Part shown: positions 1 through 8,223 of the stretch, piece by piece | Position numbering within the stretch: the stretch's first letter is position 1 | Layout of the letters: every line of letters begins with the position of its first letter | Translations under genes and position numbers: made by a program | Assembly: GCA_046714175.1 (NCBI GenBank) | Contig: JBKKBI010000069.1 | Coordinates: forward strand, 490 to 64,489 | Length of the DNA stretch: 64,000 nucleotides | Direction: 5' to 3' | Source of the DNA: Acidimicrobiia bacterium | GTDB taxonomy: Bacteria > Actinomycetota > Acidimicrobiia > Spongiisociales > UBA11373 | Notes under the pieces: generated by a model | What the model saw: the letters and a program-made list of their open reading frames with translations, nothing else | Told to the model about the DNA's origin: nothing | Databases searched by the model: none

Positions 1-431
1 GAGTCAATGAGCGCCGGGTGCAGCGTGAAATTGGGGCGCTCACCCAGGCAGGCCTTCTGGTGGAGGGGCGGCTCGTGGTGGGGGTGCTCCAGGATCTGGC
101 CGGCCAGCTGCCCCGCGTCCCCGAGGCGACGGCAGAGGTCATCGCCGGCCCCTGGAACTCCGAGGAGACCCGGGTGCTGCAGACGTTCTTCTCCGGCGAC
201 CGGCTGACCGAGATACCCGGTGCCCACGCCAAGCGCCGGGTGGTGCTGGAACGGCTCGCCATGGAGTTCGAGCCCGGGGTGCGCTACGCCGAGCGGGAGG
301 TGAACTTCACCCTGGCGCTGTTTCACCCCGATTTCGCGGCCTTGCGCCGCTACCTGGTCGATGAGGGAATCATGACTCGGGCCGACGGCGTCTACTGGCG
401 CACCGGGGGCCGGTACCGGGAGGCACCGTAA
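1..431 (+). CDS. Partial (5'-truncated) transcriptional regulator with a C-terminal DUF2087-like domain
   Basis: The reading frame is open from the window edge. The C-terminal sequence EIPGAHAKRRVVLERLAMEFEPGVRYAEREVNFTLALFHPDFAALRRYLVDEG matches what I remember of DUF2087 proteins. The upstream part, LTQAGLLVEG, looks like the end of a winged HTH. Confidence 0.5.
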   Translation, partial: VNERRVQREIGALTQAGLLVEGRLVVGVLQDLAGQLPRVPEATAEVIAGPWNSEETRVLQTFFSGDRLTEIPGAHAKRRVVLERLAMEFEPGVRYAEREVNFTLALFHPDFAALRRYLVDEGIMTRADGVYWRTGGRYREAP

Positions 432-456
432 ATCAATCCTCGCCTAGCCTGTCCCG

Positions 457-657
457 ATGTGTCGCAGCATCGTTCAACTGAGAAAGCCTGATGGAGCCAC
501 CCGCGAGGAACTCGAGGCGGCGGCGCTCCAGTTCGTGCGCAAGATCAGCGGTTTTCGCGAACCATCGGCGGTGAACCGAGAGGTGTTCGGCCGCGCCGTG
601 GCTGAGATCGCGACCAGCGCCGAGGCCCTCCTCGCCGGGCTGGTCGTCAAGCGGTGA
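457..657 (+). CDS. DUF2277-like small protein (66 aa, starts MCR)
   Basis: The protein starts MCRSIVQLRKPDGATREELEAAALQFVRKISGF, which resembles DUF2277 small proteins. GC3 is high. Its TGA stop overlaps the GTG start of the next gene (GTGA). Confidence 0.45.
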   Translation: MCRSIVQLRKPDGATREELEAAALQFVRKISGFREPSAVNREVFGRAVAEIATSAEALLAGLVVKR

Positions 658-1838
658 CTGAAGACCGTGGCTCCGATCTGCGGCGGTTTCTCGAGCCCGA
701 AAGGGTCGGTATCACCCGGGCCCTTCCGGCGATCCTGGCGTGCGTCCTCGCGGTTGCGGTGATCATCGGTGGGATCCTGTTGCGACCTACTGGCGGTGAC
801 CGGCCCGATCTCTCCGAGCTGGGTATCACCGCACGCACCTACGGCGCGGTGGTCGTAGAAGTCATCACGGGGCCGTGTGAGTCCAACCCCGACCTCCAGT
901 GCGCCGTCACCGCGTTGCGGCTGACCCAAGGTCCCGACACCGGGACGGTGGTCCATCTGGTTCTGGTGGTTTCTGAGACCTCGACATCGTTCGGCCTCGG
1001 GGACCGGGTGGTTCTCAATTACCAGGATGCCGCCGAGCCCGAGTTCCGCTACTCGTACGCCGATCGCCAGCGCCGCCCCGTGCTGCTGGTGTTGGCCGTA
1101 GTCTTTGCCCTCGTCGTGGTGGCACTGGGTCGGATGCGGGGCTTGGCGGCTCTGATCGGCCTGGCCGGGAGCGTGGTGATCTTGCTGGAGTTCGTCCTTC
1201 CGGCCATTCTCGATGGGCGTAACCCTCTGGCGGTGGCGGTGGTGGGATCGGCAGCCATCGCCTACCTGGCGCTGTACGCCGCCCACGGATTCACCAGGAT
1301 GACGACCGTAGCCCTGCTCGGCACGTTGGCGGCTCTGGGGGTGACGGCAGTACTCTCGTCGGTAGCGGTGGGAGTCGCCCGGTTCAGCGGGCTGACTGGC
1401 GACGAGGCGTTCATCATCGCCGTCGCCGGACATTTCGATCTCAGCGGCCTCATCCTTGCCGGAATCGTCCTCGGCGCCCTCGGGGCCATCGACGACATAA
1501 CCGTCACCCAGGCCTCGACGGTGTGGGAGTTGCACGCGGTGCGGCCCGACCTGGGACAGGCGGCGCTCTTCCGTTCCGGTCTCAAGGTGGGTCGAGATCA
1601 TGTCGCCTCCACCGTGAACACCCTCTTGCTCGCCTACGCCGGAGCCGCCATGCCGTTGTTGCTCTTCTTCGTGTTGGCCGGTCAGTCGATCGGTACCGTC
1701 CTCAATGGGGAGGTGGTGGCCGTGGAGGTGGTGCGCACTCTCGTGGGCAGCATCGGCCTGATCAGCGCGGTGCCCCTGACGACCTGGCTGGCGGCGGTGT
1801 TCGCCAGTGAAGAGTTCGCCTCCCGCCCCCACCCCTAG
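654..1838 (+). CDS. YibE/F family polytopic membrane protein
   Basis: The 394-aa translation has an N-terminal soluble region followed by about 8 hydrophobic helices. Its organisation resembles actinobacterial YibE/F proteins. The long antisense ORF 474..1853 is low-complexity G/R/H-rich and was rejected. Confidence 0.55.
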   Translation: MTEDRGSDLRRFLEPERVGITRALPAILACVLAVAVIIGGILLRPTGGDRPDLSELGITARTYGAVVVEVITGPCESNPDLQCAVTALRLTQGPDTGTVVHLVLVVSETSTSFGLGDRVVLNYQDAAEPEFRYSYADRQRRPVLLVLAVVFALVVVALGRMRGLAALIGLAGSVVILLEFVLPAILDGRNPLAVAVVGSAAIAYLALYAAHGFTRMTTVALLGTLAALGVTAVLSSVAVGVARFSGLTGDEAFIIAVAGHFDLSGLILAGIVLGALGAIDDITVTQASTVWELHAVRPDLGQAALFRSGLKVGRDHVASTVNTLLLAYAGAAMPLLLFFVLAGQSIGTVLNGEVVAVEVVRTLVGSIGLISAVPLTTWLAAVFASEEFASRPHP

Positions 1839-1867
1839 CCCACCCTCGATCAATGGTCGAGGGTGGT
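1839..1867. terminator. GC-rich hairpin between convergent genes (possible bidirectional terminator)
   Basis: cccaccctcga-tcaatgg-tcgagggtgg forms a perfect 10-bp stem. It lies between the convergent YibE/F and rbsK stops. There is no clear U-tract. Confidence 0.35.
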
Positions 1868-1886
1868 GTGGTAATGCGCTTCGACT

Positions 1887-2837
1887 TCAGGTTGAGGGTT
1901 TGCGGGAGGCGGCCAGCAGCTCCTGGACCCGGTCGCCGCGGGGGAACGAGGACTGCGTGCCCGCTCGGGTGACACTATCGGAGGCACATGCGATGCCTAG
2001 GCGGGTGGCGGCGCCGGTGTCCATGCCGGTGGCGAGACCGAAGGCAAAAGCTCCCACGAAGGCATCTCCGGCGCCGGTGGTGTCCACAGCGGTCACCGCG
2101 GGGGCAGGGATGCGGTGCACCCGGCCGGCATCCACCAGGGCCGCTCCGGCGCCGCCCAAGGTCACCACGAGGCCGCAACCGAGGCGCTCCCGTGCGGCCA
2201 GCAGGGTGGCATCGTCGGAGGTGGCCGGGCCGGGGACGAGGTGAGCGAGTTCCACCTGATTGGGGATCACCCAATCGGTGACCGCCAGCAGGGCCGGGTC
2301 GAGGGCAGCACCCGGCGCCGGGTTGAGAATCGTCACCGCTCCCGTTGCTCGGGCGGCGGCAAAGGCAGCGGCGGTCACCGGTTGGGGGATCTCGAACTGT
2401 CCCACCACCACCCGCGGGGTGCCAGGCCCGGAGACGGCGGCCACCGCTTGGTCGGCGGAGAGCCGATGGTTGGCGCCGGGAATGATGATGATCCGATTGG
2501 TGCCGTCGGGTTCGACCCAGATCGGAGCGACCCCGCTGGCTCCCGGCACAGTGTGCACGTGGGCCACGTCGATGCCGAACCCGGCCAGGTTCGACCGGGC
2601 CATATCGCCGTAGGTGTCGTCGCCGACGCAGTTCACCATCGCCACCTCGGCGCCCAGCAATCGGGCCATCACCGCCTGGTTGGCTCCCTTGCCTCCGAAT
2701 CCCATCACGAACCGGTCTCCGACCAGCGTCTCACCCGGGCCGGGGATGCGGGGGGCATAGGCCACGAGGTCGATCATGGTCGAGCCAACCACGGCGATGC
2801 GCCCGATGGAGTGAGGGGCGGTCACGATCTGTGGCAC
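1887..2837 (-). CDS. rbsK: Ribokinase (PfkB family carbohydrate kinase)
   Basis: Ribokinase signature 1 GFGGKGANQAV and signature 2 DTTGAGDAFVGAFAFGL are both present. Length is 316 aa. Confidence 0.8.
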   Translation of the reverse strand: MPQIVTAPHSIGRIAVVGSTMIDLVAYAPRIPGPGETLVGDRFVMGFGGKGANQAVMARLLGAEVAMVNCVGDDTYGDMARSNLAGFGIDVAHVHTVPGASGVAPIWVEPDGTNRIIIIPGANHRLSADQAVAAVSGPGTPRVVVGQFEIPQPVTAAAFAAARATGAVTILNPAPGAALDPALLAVTDWVIPNQVELAHLVPGPATSDDATLLAARERLGCGLVVTLGGAGAALVDAGRVHRIPAPAVTAVDTTGAGDAFVGAFAFGLATGMDTGAATRLGIACASDSVTRAGTQSSFPRGDRVQELLAASRKPST

Positions 2838-2866
2838 GCTAGCGCCAGCGTCGCTTCCGGAGGATC

Positions 2867-3874
2867 ATGACTCCAACCCGCGTCCCCGCCTGGGATCGTC
2901 CCGTGTTGCAATCGGTGGCGGCGATGGCCGCCGCGACCCGGCACGTGACGACGAATCCGGAGGCGGTGGAACGGGTTGCGGAATGGATGGCATACGAGCC
3001 GTTCGCCCCGCCGGCGGGTGGACCCGAGGCGCCGTTCGAGTGGGGGAGCGACCCCGACGGCGTGATCGATGCGGTGATGCTCAAGGCGACGATCGATTTT
3101 GCCTTCACCGACTTCGCCACCGGCGAAAAGTTCACCATCGAGTACCTGGGCGGTAAGTGGTCGGACAGCGAGGCGATGTACGGCTCATTGCATCGCGCCT
3201 GGAGCCGCGGCGAACCGGTACTCGACGGCGCCTTCCTCGCGGCCGTGTCCGCAGACGATCTCGACCAAATCTTTGCCGGCTCCGTGACGATGCCCATGCT
3301 CCCCGAGAGAGCCGGCATCCTCAATGAGGTGGGTTCGGTTCTCGTGGACCGCTACCAGGGCCGGTTTCATCGCTGGGTACGGTCGTGCGCCCCGGCGATG
3401 TACGCCGGCGGCGAGGGCCTCCTGGAGAGGCTGACGGAGGAGTTTCCTCGCTTCGACGATCGCAGTCGATATCGCGATGGCGAGGTGGTGTTCCACAAGC
3501 TGGCCCAGCTAGCCCTGTGGTCGCTGCATCTCAGCGTCGGGTCTCCAGGGGGAGTGGTGATCGGCGACCTGGCGGGGATGACCGCCTTTGCCGACTATGT
3601 GGTGCCGATGGCGCTGCGCCTCATGGGGATCCTGGAGTACACGACAGCTCTCGATGATCAGATCGCCAGGGGAGTGGTGCTGGCGCGAGACTCGGAGGAG
3701 GAGATCGAAATCCGCGCTCACACTCTCTACGCCACCGCATTGCTCACCGATGCCATCAACCGGCGCCGCGGGGAGGGCAACGGGTTGATCATCCCCGAGG
3801 TCGACTATCGCTTGTGGAGCGCCTATCACGCCGCGCCCCGGCCCCACCACCTCACCAGGACCGTGATGTACTGA
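2867..3874 (+). CDS. Qng1/DUF2419 family queuosine-salvage protein (queuosine 5'-phosphate N-glycosylase/hydrolase-like)
   Basis: The translation aligns block by block with eukaryotic QNG1 (C9orf64) as I remember it. TIDFAFTDF matches [33 protein letters not shown] matches [39 protein letters not shown] matches [34 protein letters not shown] matches [30 protein letters not shown] matches QEVEIRGCSLWC. Confidence 0.75.
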   Translation: [335 protein letters not shown]

Positions 3875-3932
3875 GGTCGGCCATCAGGTCCCAGTCCGCC
3901 GGTGTGCGCCACCCAGGTAGCCTGCGAGTCCC

Positions 3933-4325
3933 ATGACCGAACAGATGCCCCAGACCAACGCCGAATGGCGTGAGCGTCTCAATGCCGAGCAGTACCGGGT
4001 GCTACGGGAGGGGGACACCGAGCCGCCCTTTACCGGGGTGTATTGGGATCATCACGGCACCGGCAGCTATCGCTGCGCCGGGTGCGGCGAGACCCTGTTC
4101 GCATCGGACGACAAGTTCGACAGCGGGAGCGGGTGGCCGTCGTTCGTTCGTCCCTCGGGGGAGTCGTCGGTGACGATGCACCGCGATGTCACCTTCGGGA
4201 TGGAGCGCACCGAGGTGCGCTGCGCGGCATGCGGCGGGCACCTCGGTCATGTCTTTCCCGATGGCCCCGCTCCCACCGGGATGCGTTACTGCATCAACTC
4301 GGCGGCACTCGAGTTCGAGGAGTGA
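3933..4325 (+). CDS. msrB: Peptide-methionine (R)-S-oxide reductase MsrB
   Basis: Two CxxC pairs (CAGCGE and [12 protein letters not shown]) and a canonical SelR/MsrB fold sequence. Length is 130 aa. Confidence 0.9.
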   Translation: MTEQMPQTNAEWRERLNAEQYRVLREGDTEPPFTGVYWDHHGTGSYRCAGCGETLFASDDKFDSGSGWPSFVRPSGESSVTMHRDVTFGMERTEVRCAACGGHLGHVFPDGPAPTGMRYCINSAALEFEE

Positions 4326-4948
4326 CCGACCTGATCGTGGGGGAGGACCGCCGGCGTCGCTGCCGCTGGCCGGGAGCCGACCCGCTGTATGTCGGCTACC
4401 ACGACACCGAGTGGGGTCGGGCCGAGGAGGGCGACGCCGCGCTGTACGAGAAATTGGCCCTGGAGGGCTTTCAGGCCGGGCTGTCGTGGATCACGGTGCT
4501 GCGCAAGCGGGAGGCGTTTCGCAGTCACTTCGCCGATTTCGATCCGGTGCGGGTGTCCCGTTATGGCGAGCGCGAGATCTCGCGGATGCTTGCCGACCCC
4601 GCAGTGATCCGTCATCGCGGCAAGATCGAGTCGGCGGTCAACAACGCTCGCCGGGCACTGGAGGCGATCGAGAGACACGGAAGCCTGGCCGCAATGGTGT
4701 GGCGCTTCGCCCCGTGGCCCGCCCGGGCGCCGCGGCGGCTGGCCGACCTGGCCGCGGTCACCGCGGAGTCGCAGGCCCTGAGCCGGGAATTGAAACAACG
4801 CGGATGGACCTTCGTCGGGCCGACAACGGTCTATGCATTCATGCAGGCCATGGGCATGGTCAACGACCACTTGGTGGGGTGCCACGCACGCGCCGCCTGT
4901 GAGCAACGCCGCCGCCAGACCTGCGGCCGCTACCCGTCGGTGCCCTGA
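4322..4948 (+). CDS. tag: DNA-3-methyladenine glycosylase I
   Basis: [38 protein letters not shown] and the C-terminal Cys/His cluster are Tag-like. The GTG start overlaps the msrB stop (GTGA). The N-terminal extension of the ORF track (4043..) was rejected as msrB antisense or out of frame. Confidence 0.85.
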   Translation: MTDLIVGEDRRRRCRWPGADPLYVGYHDTEWGRAEEGDAALYEKLALEGFQAGLSWITVLRKREAFRSHFADFDPVRVSRYGEREISRMLADPAVIRHRGKIESAVNNARRALEAIERHGSLAAMVWRFAPWPARAPRRLADLAAVTAESQALSRELKQRGWTFVGPTTVYAFMQAMGMVNDHLVGCHARAACEQRRRQTCGRYPSVP

Positions 4949-5310
4949 GCGGGACTCTGCTCGGCAATCCGGCGATGGACCTCGCTCATGTCCACTTCCC
5001 GCACCTGGGCGATCAGGTCGTCCAGGCTCGCCGGGGGGAGGGCCCCGGCCTGGCTGTACAGGATGACCCGCTCCCGAAACACCATCAAGGTCGGGATGGA
5101 ACGGATCGAGAAGTAGCCGGCCAGCTCCTGCTCGGCCTCGGTGTCCACCTTGGCGAAGACCAGATCGGGGTTCTGCTCGGCGGCCGCCTCGAAGATGGGG
5201 GCGAAGGCGCGGCACGGCCCGCACCATGCCGCCCAGAAGTCGACGAGCACGGTGTGGTGGGACGCGATGGCGTCGGCAAAGGTGTCCTTGGTGAGAGCGA
5301 TGGTGGGCAC
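4930..5310 (-). CDS. trxA: Thioredoxin
   Basis: VLVDFWAAWCGPCRAFAP active site. The thioredoxin fold takes about 126 aa. The long 5' extension of ORF 4930..5757 is antisense to the phosphoesterase and was rejected. A GTG start at 5310 was chosen. Confidence 0.85.
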   Translation of the reverse strand: MPTIALTKDTFADAIASHHTVLVDFWAAWCGPCRAFAPIFEAAAEQNPDLVFAKVDTEAEQELAGYFSIRSIPTLMVFRERVILYSQAGALPPASLDDLIAQVREVDMSEVHRRIAEQSPAQGTDG

Positions 5311-5358
5311 GTCGCAGTGCAACCGTCGCCGGGGTCTGGCGATTCCCGGGCTCCTACT

Positions 5359-6294
5359 GTGGATCGGGTGCGCCCCCGCCTCGCCCTGGTCGTGCTGTTG
5401 ATCGGCTCGGCATGCGGAGAGCCGCCCGCCGCGCCCGCCACCACTGCGGCGATCACCCCCATCCCGACCAGGTCCACCACCAGTGTGACCACCACCAGTG
5501 TGACCACCACCACCGTGGTGGTCGTGGCCGAGCAACCATGGGCGGTGGTCGTGGTGGGCGACTTTGGTGACGGCGGGGAGCAGATGCATCAGGTGGCCGC
5601 CGCGGCCCGGGCCTGGGTCGAGGCGCACCCCGAGACCGTGGCTGTGGTGACCACCGGGGACAACTTTTACATCGCCGACGTCGCTGCCGCCTGGGACGAA
5701 CCCTACGGTTGGGTGCAGGATCGGGGACTGGTCGTGTGGGCGGTACCGGGCAACCACGACCTGGAGACTGCGGGCCAGTGGCAGGCCAGTGTCGACGCCT
5801 TTGGTTCCTTTCCCCGTTGGCGCACCCGCGAGGTCGGCGGGGTCACCTTCGTCCTCCTCGACTCCAATCAGGTCGGCTCAGCGGAACAGCACGCCTGGTT
5901 CGCGGCCACGGTGGCCGGTCTGGGGGAACGGCCGTGGATTGCGGTGTTTCACCATCCCTGGAAGTCCTGTAGTCGCCACGGAGACGGTGAGTGGCCGGTG
6001 GTGGCCTGGGAGGGTCTCCTGGAAAGCGCGAAACTCGTCCTCAACGGCCACGACCACAACTACCAGCGGTTTGCAGTCGCCGGTGGTTGGTCGGTGGTGA
6101 CCGGAGGCGGCGGGCGTCCCCTCCATGCCCTGGAAGCGTGCCCGCCGGGCCATCCTGAGGCCGTCGCCGCCGAGGTGGCGTTCCACTTCCTCACCGTCAG
6201 CGGACTGGGGGAAACGATCGAGGTGGCGGTCCGCGGCGTGGACGGTGTCGTCCTGGACACATTCACCATGGACCTCGCCGGTCTACGCCCATAA
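5359..6294 (+). CDS. Calcineurin-like metallophosphoesterase, probable lipoprotein
   Basis: An N-terminal signal with a lipobox-like LIGSAC is followed by a Thr/Ser/Val linker. The metallophosphoesterase motifs VVVGDFGDGG, TTGDNFY, VPGNHD and NGHDHNYQ follow. The GTG start at 5359 is in frame. Confidence 0.75.
   Translation: MDRVRPRLALVVLLIGSACGEPPAAPATTAAITPIPTRSTTSVTTTSVTTTTVVVVAEQPWAVVVVGDFGDGGEQMHQVAAAARAWVEAHPETVAVVTTGDNFYIADVAAAWDEPYGWVQDRGLVVWAVPGNHDLETAGQWQASVDAFGSFPRWRTREVGGVTFVLLDSNQVGSAEQHAWFAATVAGLGERPWIAVFHHPWKSCSRHGDGEWPVVAWEGLLESAKLVLNGHDHNYQRFAVAGGWSVVTGGGGRPLHALEACPPGHPEAVAAEVAFHFLTVSGLGETIEVAVRGVDGVVLDTFTMDLAGLRP
5467..5525 (+). repeat. Tandem 15-bp repeat (ccaccaccagtgtga, two copies plus a partial one) encoding the TTSVTTTSVTTTT linker
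   Basis: Read directly at 5470-5512. It lies inside the phosphoesterase gene between the signal peptide and the catalytic domain. Confidence 0.7.
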
Positions 6295-6310
6295 TCCACG
6301 TTCTGTCAAG

Positions 6311-7588
6311 CTAGGCTGAGGTGGACCATGTCCTCGGGTCCCGCTCCGGCACTCGCCCCTCCTCCGCGGCATCCACCGGAGAGCGGTCTTCGGGCCCGCT
6401 CGCCAACACGGTGGCGCGCAGCACCGCCCGCTGGCCGAAGCGATCCCGGGCGCGGTCCACGGCCGCATCGACGGAGCGCAGGCGGCGATGGATTGGGCTC
6501 CCGGGATGGAGGGCGGGATCGCCGTCGCCCGCGGCAATAGCGAGCTGGAGATGAGGAGTGGCGGCGAGCTGATCCACGGAGATCGCCACCAGAGTGACCC
6601 GGCGCCCCTGGGCTCGCTCCCCGACGAGCGCGTCGGCGAGGGCCGCCGCGGCCCGATACAGCGAGGTCGTCTCCGCCAGCGGTGCGGGCAGGATGATGCT
6701 CCGGGTCGCCCGGGTCATGTCGTGGAATCGGACATGAACCGTCACCCGCCGCCCGGCGGTTCCCCGGCGGCGCAAGCGCCACCCCACCCGGTCGGCGAGT
6801 CCCAGCAGAGCGGCATGGCGGGAGGCGACATCGGTGGCGTCCCCTGCGGATTGCGCTCCGACCGATCCGGTGGCTCGGGTCGCCGCAGCAACGGAACGGA
6901 CATCCCGGTTGTGCGCCAGGGTCCAGAAGTGCCGTCCGGTGTGTTCTCCGAACCAGGCGATCAGGCTGGACTCTCCCACCTCGGCAAGCTGCCCGATGGT
7001 GTGGATCCCGTAACTGCCCAGGCGCTCCTCCCCCGCCGGCCCGACTCCCCAGAGGTGGCCCACCGGCAGCGGAGCGAGGAACGCCGTCTCGGTTCCCGGT
7101 GGGACCACCAGCGCGCCATCGGGCTTGGCAACCCGGCTGGCGATCTTGGCGAGGTGTTTGGTGGTGGCGGCGCCGACCGATATCGGGATCCCGACCTCGG
7201 CGCGAACCGCGGCCCGGATCCGCGCCGCGATCGCTCCGGGACCGCCGAAGATGCGCTGTGATCCGGACACATCCAGAAACGCCTCGTCGATCGAGATCGG
7301 CTCGACCTGCGGGGTGATGTCGCGCAGGATGGCCATGACCGCATTGCTGACCGCCACGTAGCGCCAGAATCGGGGGGCGACGATCACCAACCCGGGACAG
7401 CGGCGGCGGGCGGTGCCTCCGGTCATCGGGGCCGTCACGCCGAAGGCGCGAGCCTCATACGTCGCGGATAGGATCACCCCTCCCCCGACCGCCACGGGTC
7501 GCCCCGCCAGGCCGGGATCGTCCCGAACCTCCACCGCGGCGTAGAAGGCGTCGAGGTCGGCGTGGAGGATCGTGGCTGCGCCTGGCAC
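6311..7588 (-). CDS. dinB: DNA polymerase IV (Y-family translesion polymerase)
   Basis: ILHADLDAFYAAVE and ISIDEAFLDV are Y-family motifs, and the protein is 425 aa with a little-finger domain. Confidence 0.9.
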   Translation of the reverse strand: MPGAATILHADLDAFYAAVEVRDDPGLAGRPVAVGGGVILSATYEARAFGVTAPMTGGTARRRCPGLVIVAPRFWRYVAVSNAVMAILRDITPQVEPISIDEAFLDVSGSQRIFGGPGAIAARIRAAVRAEVGIPISVGAATTKHLAKIASRVAKPDGALVVPPGTETAFLAPLPVGHLWGVGPAGEERLGSYGIHTIGQLAEVGESSLIAWFGEHTGRHFWTLAHNRDVRSVAAATRATGSVGAQSAGDATDVASRHAALLGLADRVGWRLRRRGTAGRRVTVHVRFHDMTRATRSIILPAPLAETTSLYRAAAALADALVGERAQGRRVTLVAISVDQLAATPHLQLAIAAGDGDPALHPGSPIHRRLRSVDAAVDRARDRFGQRAVLRATVLASGPEDRSPVDAAEEGRVPERDPRTWSTSA

Positions 7589-7700
7589 CTCTTCAGTCTC
7601 CCACCGTGGTGTGACACCGCGCCACCACCGACGTGTGGCTGTATCTGAACGGTGGCGCCGCCACCGGGATCGTGGAGCAATACCTACCGTGACCGGCCGG

Positions 7701-8219
7701 TCAGTTGAGGTTGGGATCGCCGGGATAGCGGTTCAGTAGGCGGATCGGGTCTGGCTGGCGGCTCACCACGAGGTGCCACAACTCAGCTGGCTGGTCCGTG
7801 AAGACATCCGCCTGCTCGGCTTCGGCGACGATCCAGTCACCGCGGGCGATCTCCGCCTCCAACTGTCCGGGGGACCATCCGGCGTAGCCCGCAAACACCC
7901 GGATGCGAGGCACGGTTGCCGGGGACGACTCCAGATCGGCGAGCCAGACCTGCTCCCCCACCCGCTCCCAGTCTGCGGAGCCGGAGTCTCCGTCGGCGAG
8001 CCCGATGGCCACCTCGGGCTCGACCGGGCCCCCGGCGAACACCGGCCCGGCGATCGCCCAAACCTGGGGAAGACGCTCCACGGCCAGGGTGGTGGGGCGG
8101 TTGAGGACGACCCCCACCGCCCCGGGATCGCCATGATGGATGAGAAACACCACCGCGCCGGCAAAGTTCAAGTCGGTGAGAGTCGGCGAGGCGACGAGGA
8201 GGAAGCCGGTCAGCGACAC
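7701..8219 (-). CDS. YqgE/AlgH family protein (UPF0301)
   Basis: 172 aa with FAGAVVFLIHHGDPGAVGVVLNRP and FAGYAGWSPGQLEAEI, typical of AlgH/YqgE. Confidence 0.8.
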   Translation of the reverse strand: MSLTGFLLVASPTLTDLNFAGAVVFLIHHGDPGAVGVVLNRPTTLAVERLPQVWAIAGPVFAGGPVEPEVAIGLADGDSGSADWERVGEQVWLADLESSPATVPRIRVFAGYAGWSPGQLEAEIARGDWIVAEAEQADVFTDQPAELWHLVVSRQPDPIRLLNRYPGDPNLN

Positions 8220-8223
8220 CGCA

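Noticed and set aside
474-1853. 459-aa minus-strand ORF
   Set aside because: It is a G/R/H-rich low-complexity ORF antisense to the YibE/F membrane-protein gene. This is a typical GC-rich shadow ORF.
4043-4321. N-terminal 93 aa of the Tag ORF (4043..4948)
   Set aside because: It overlaps msrB in another frame and is R-rich low complexity. Tag homology begins at the GTG at 4322.
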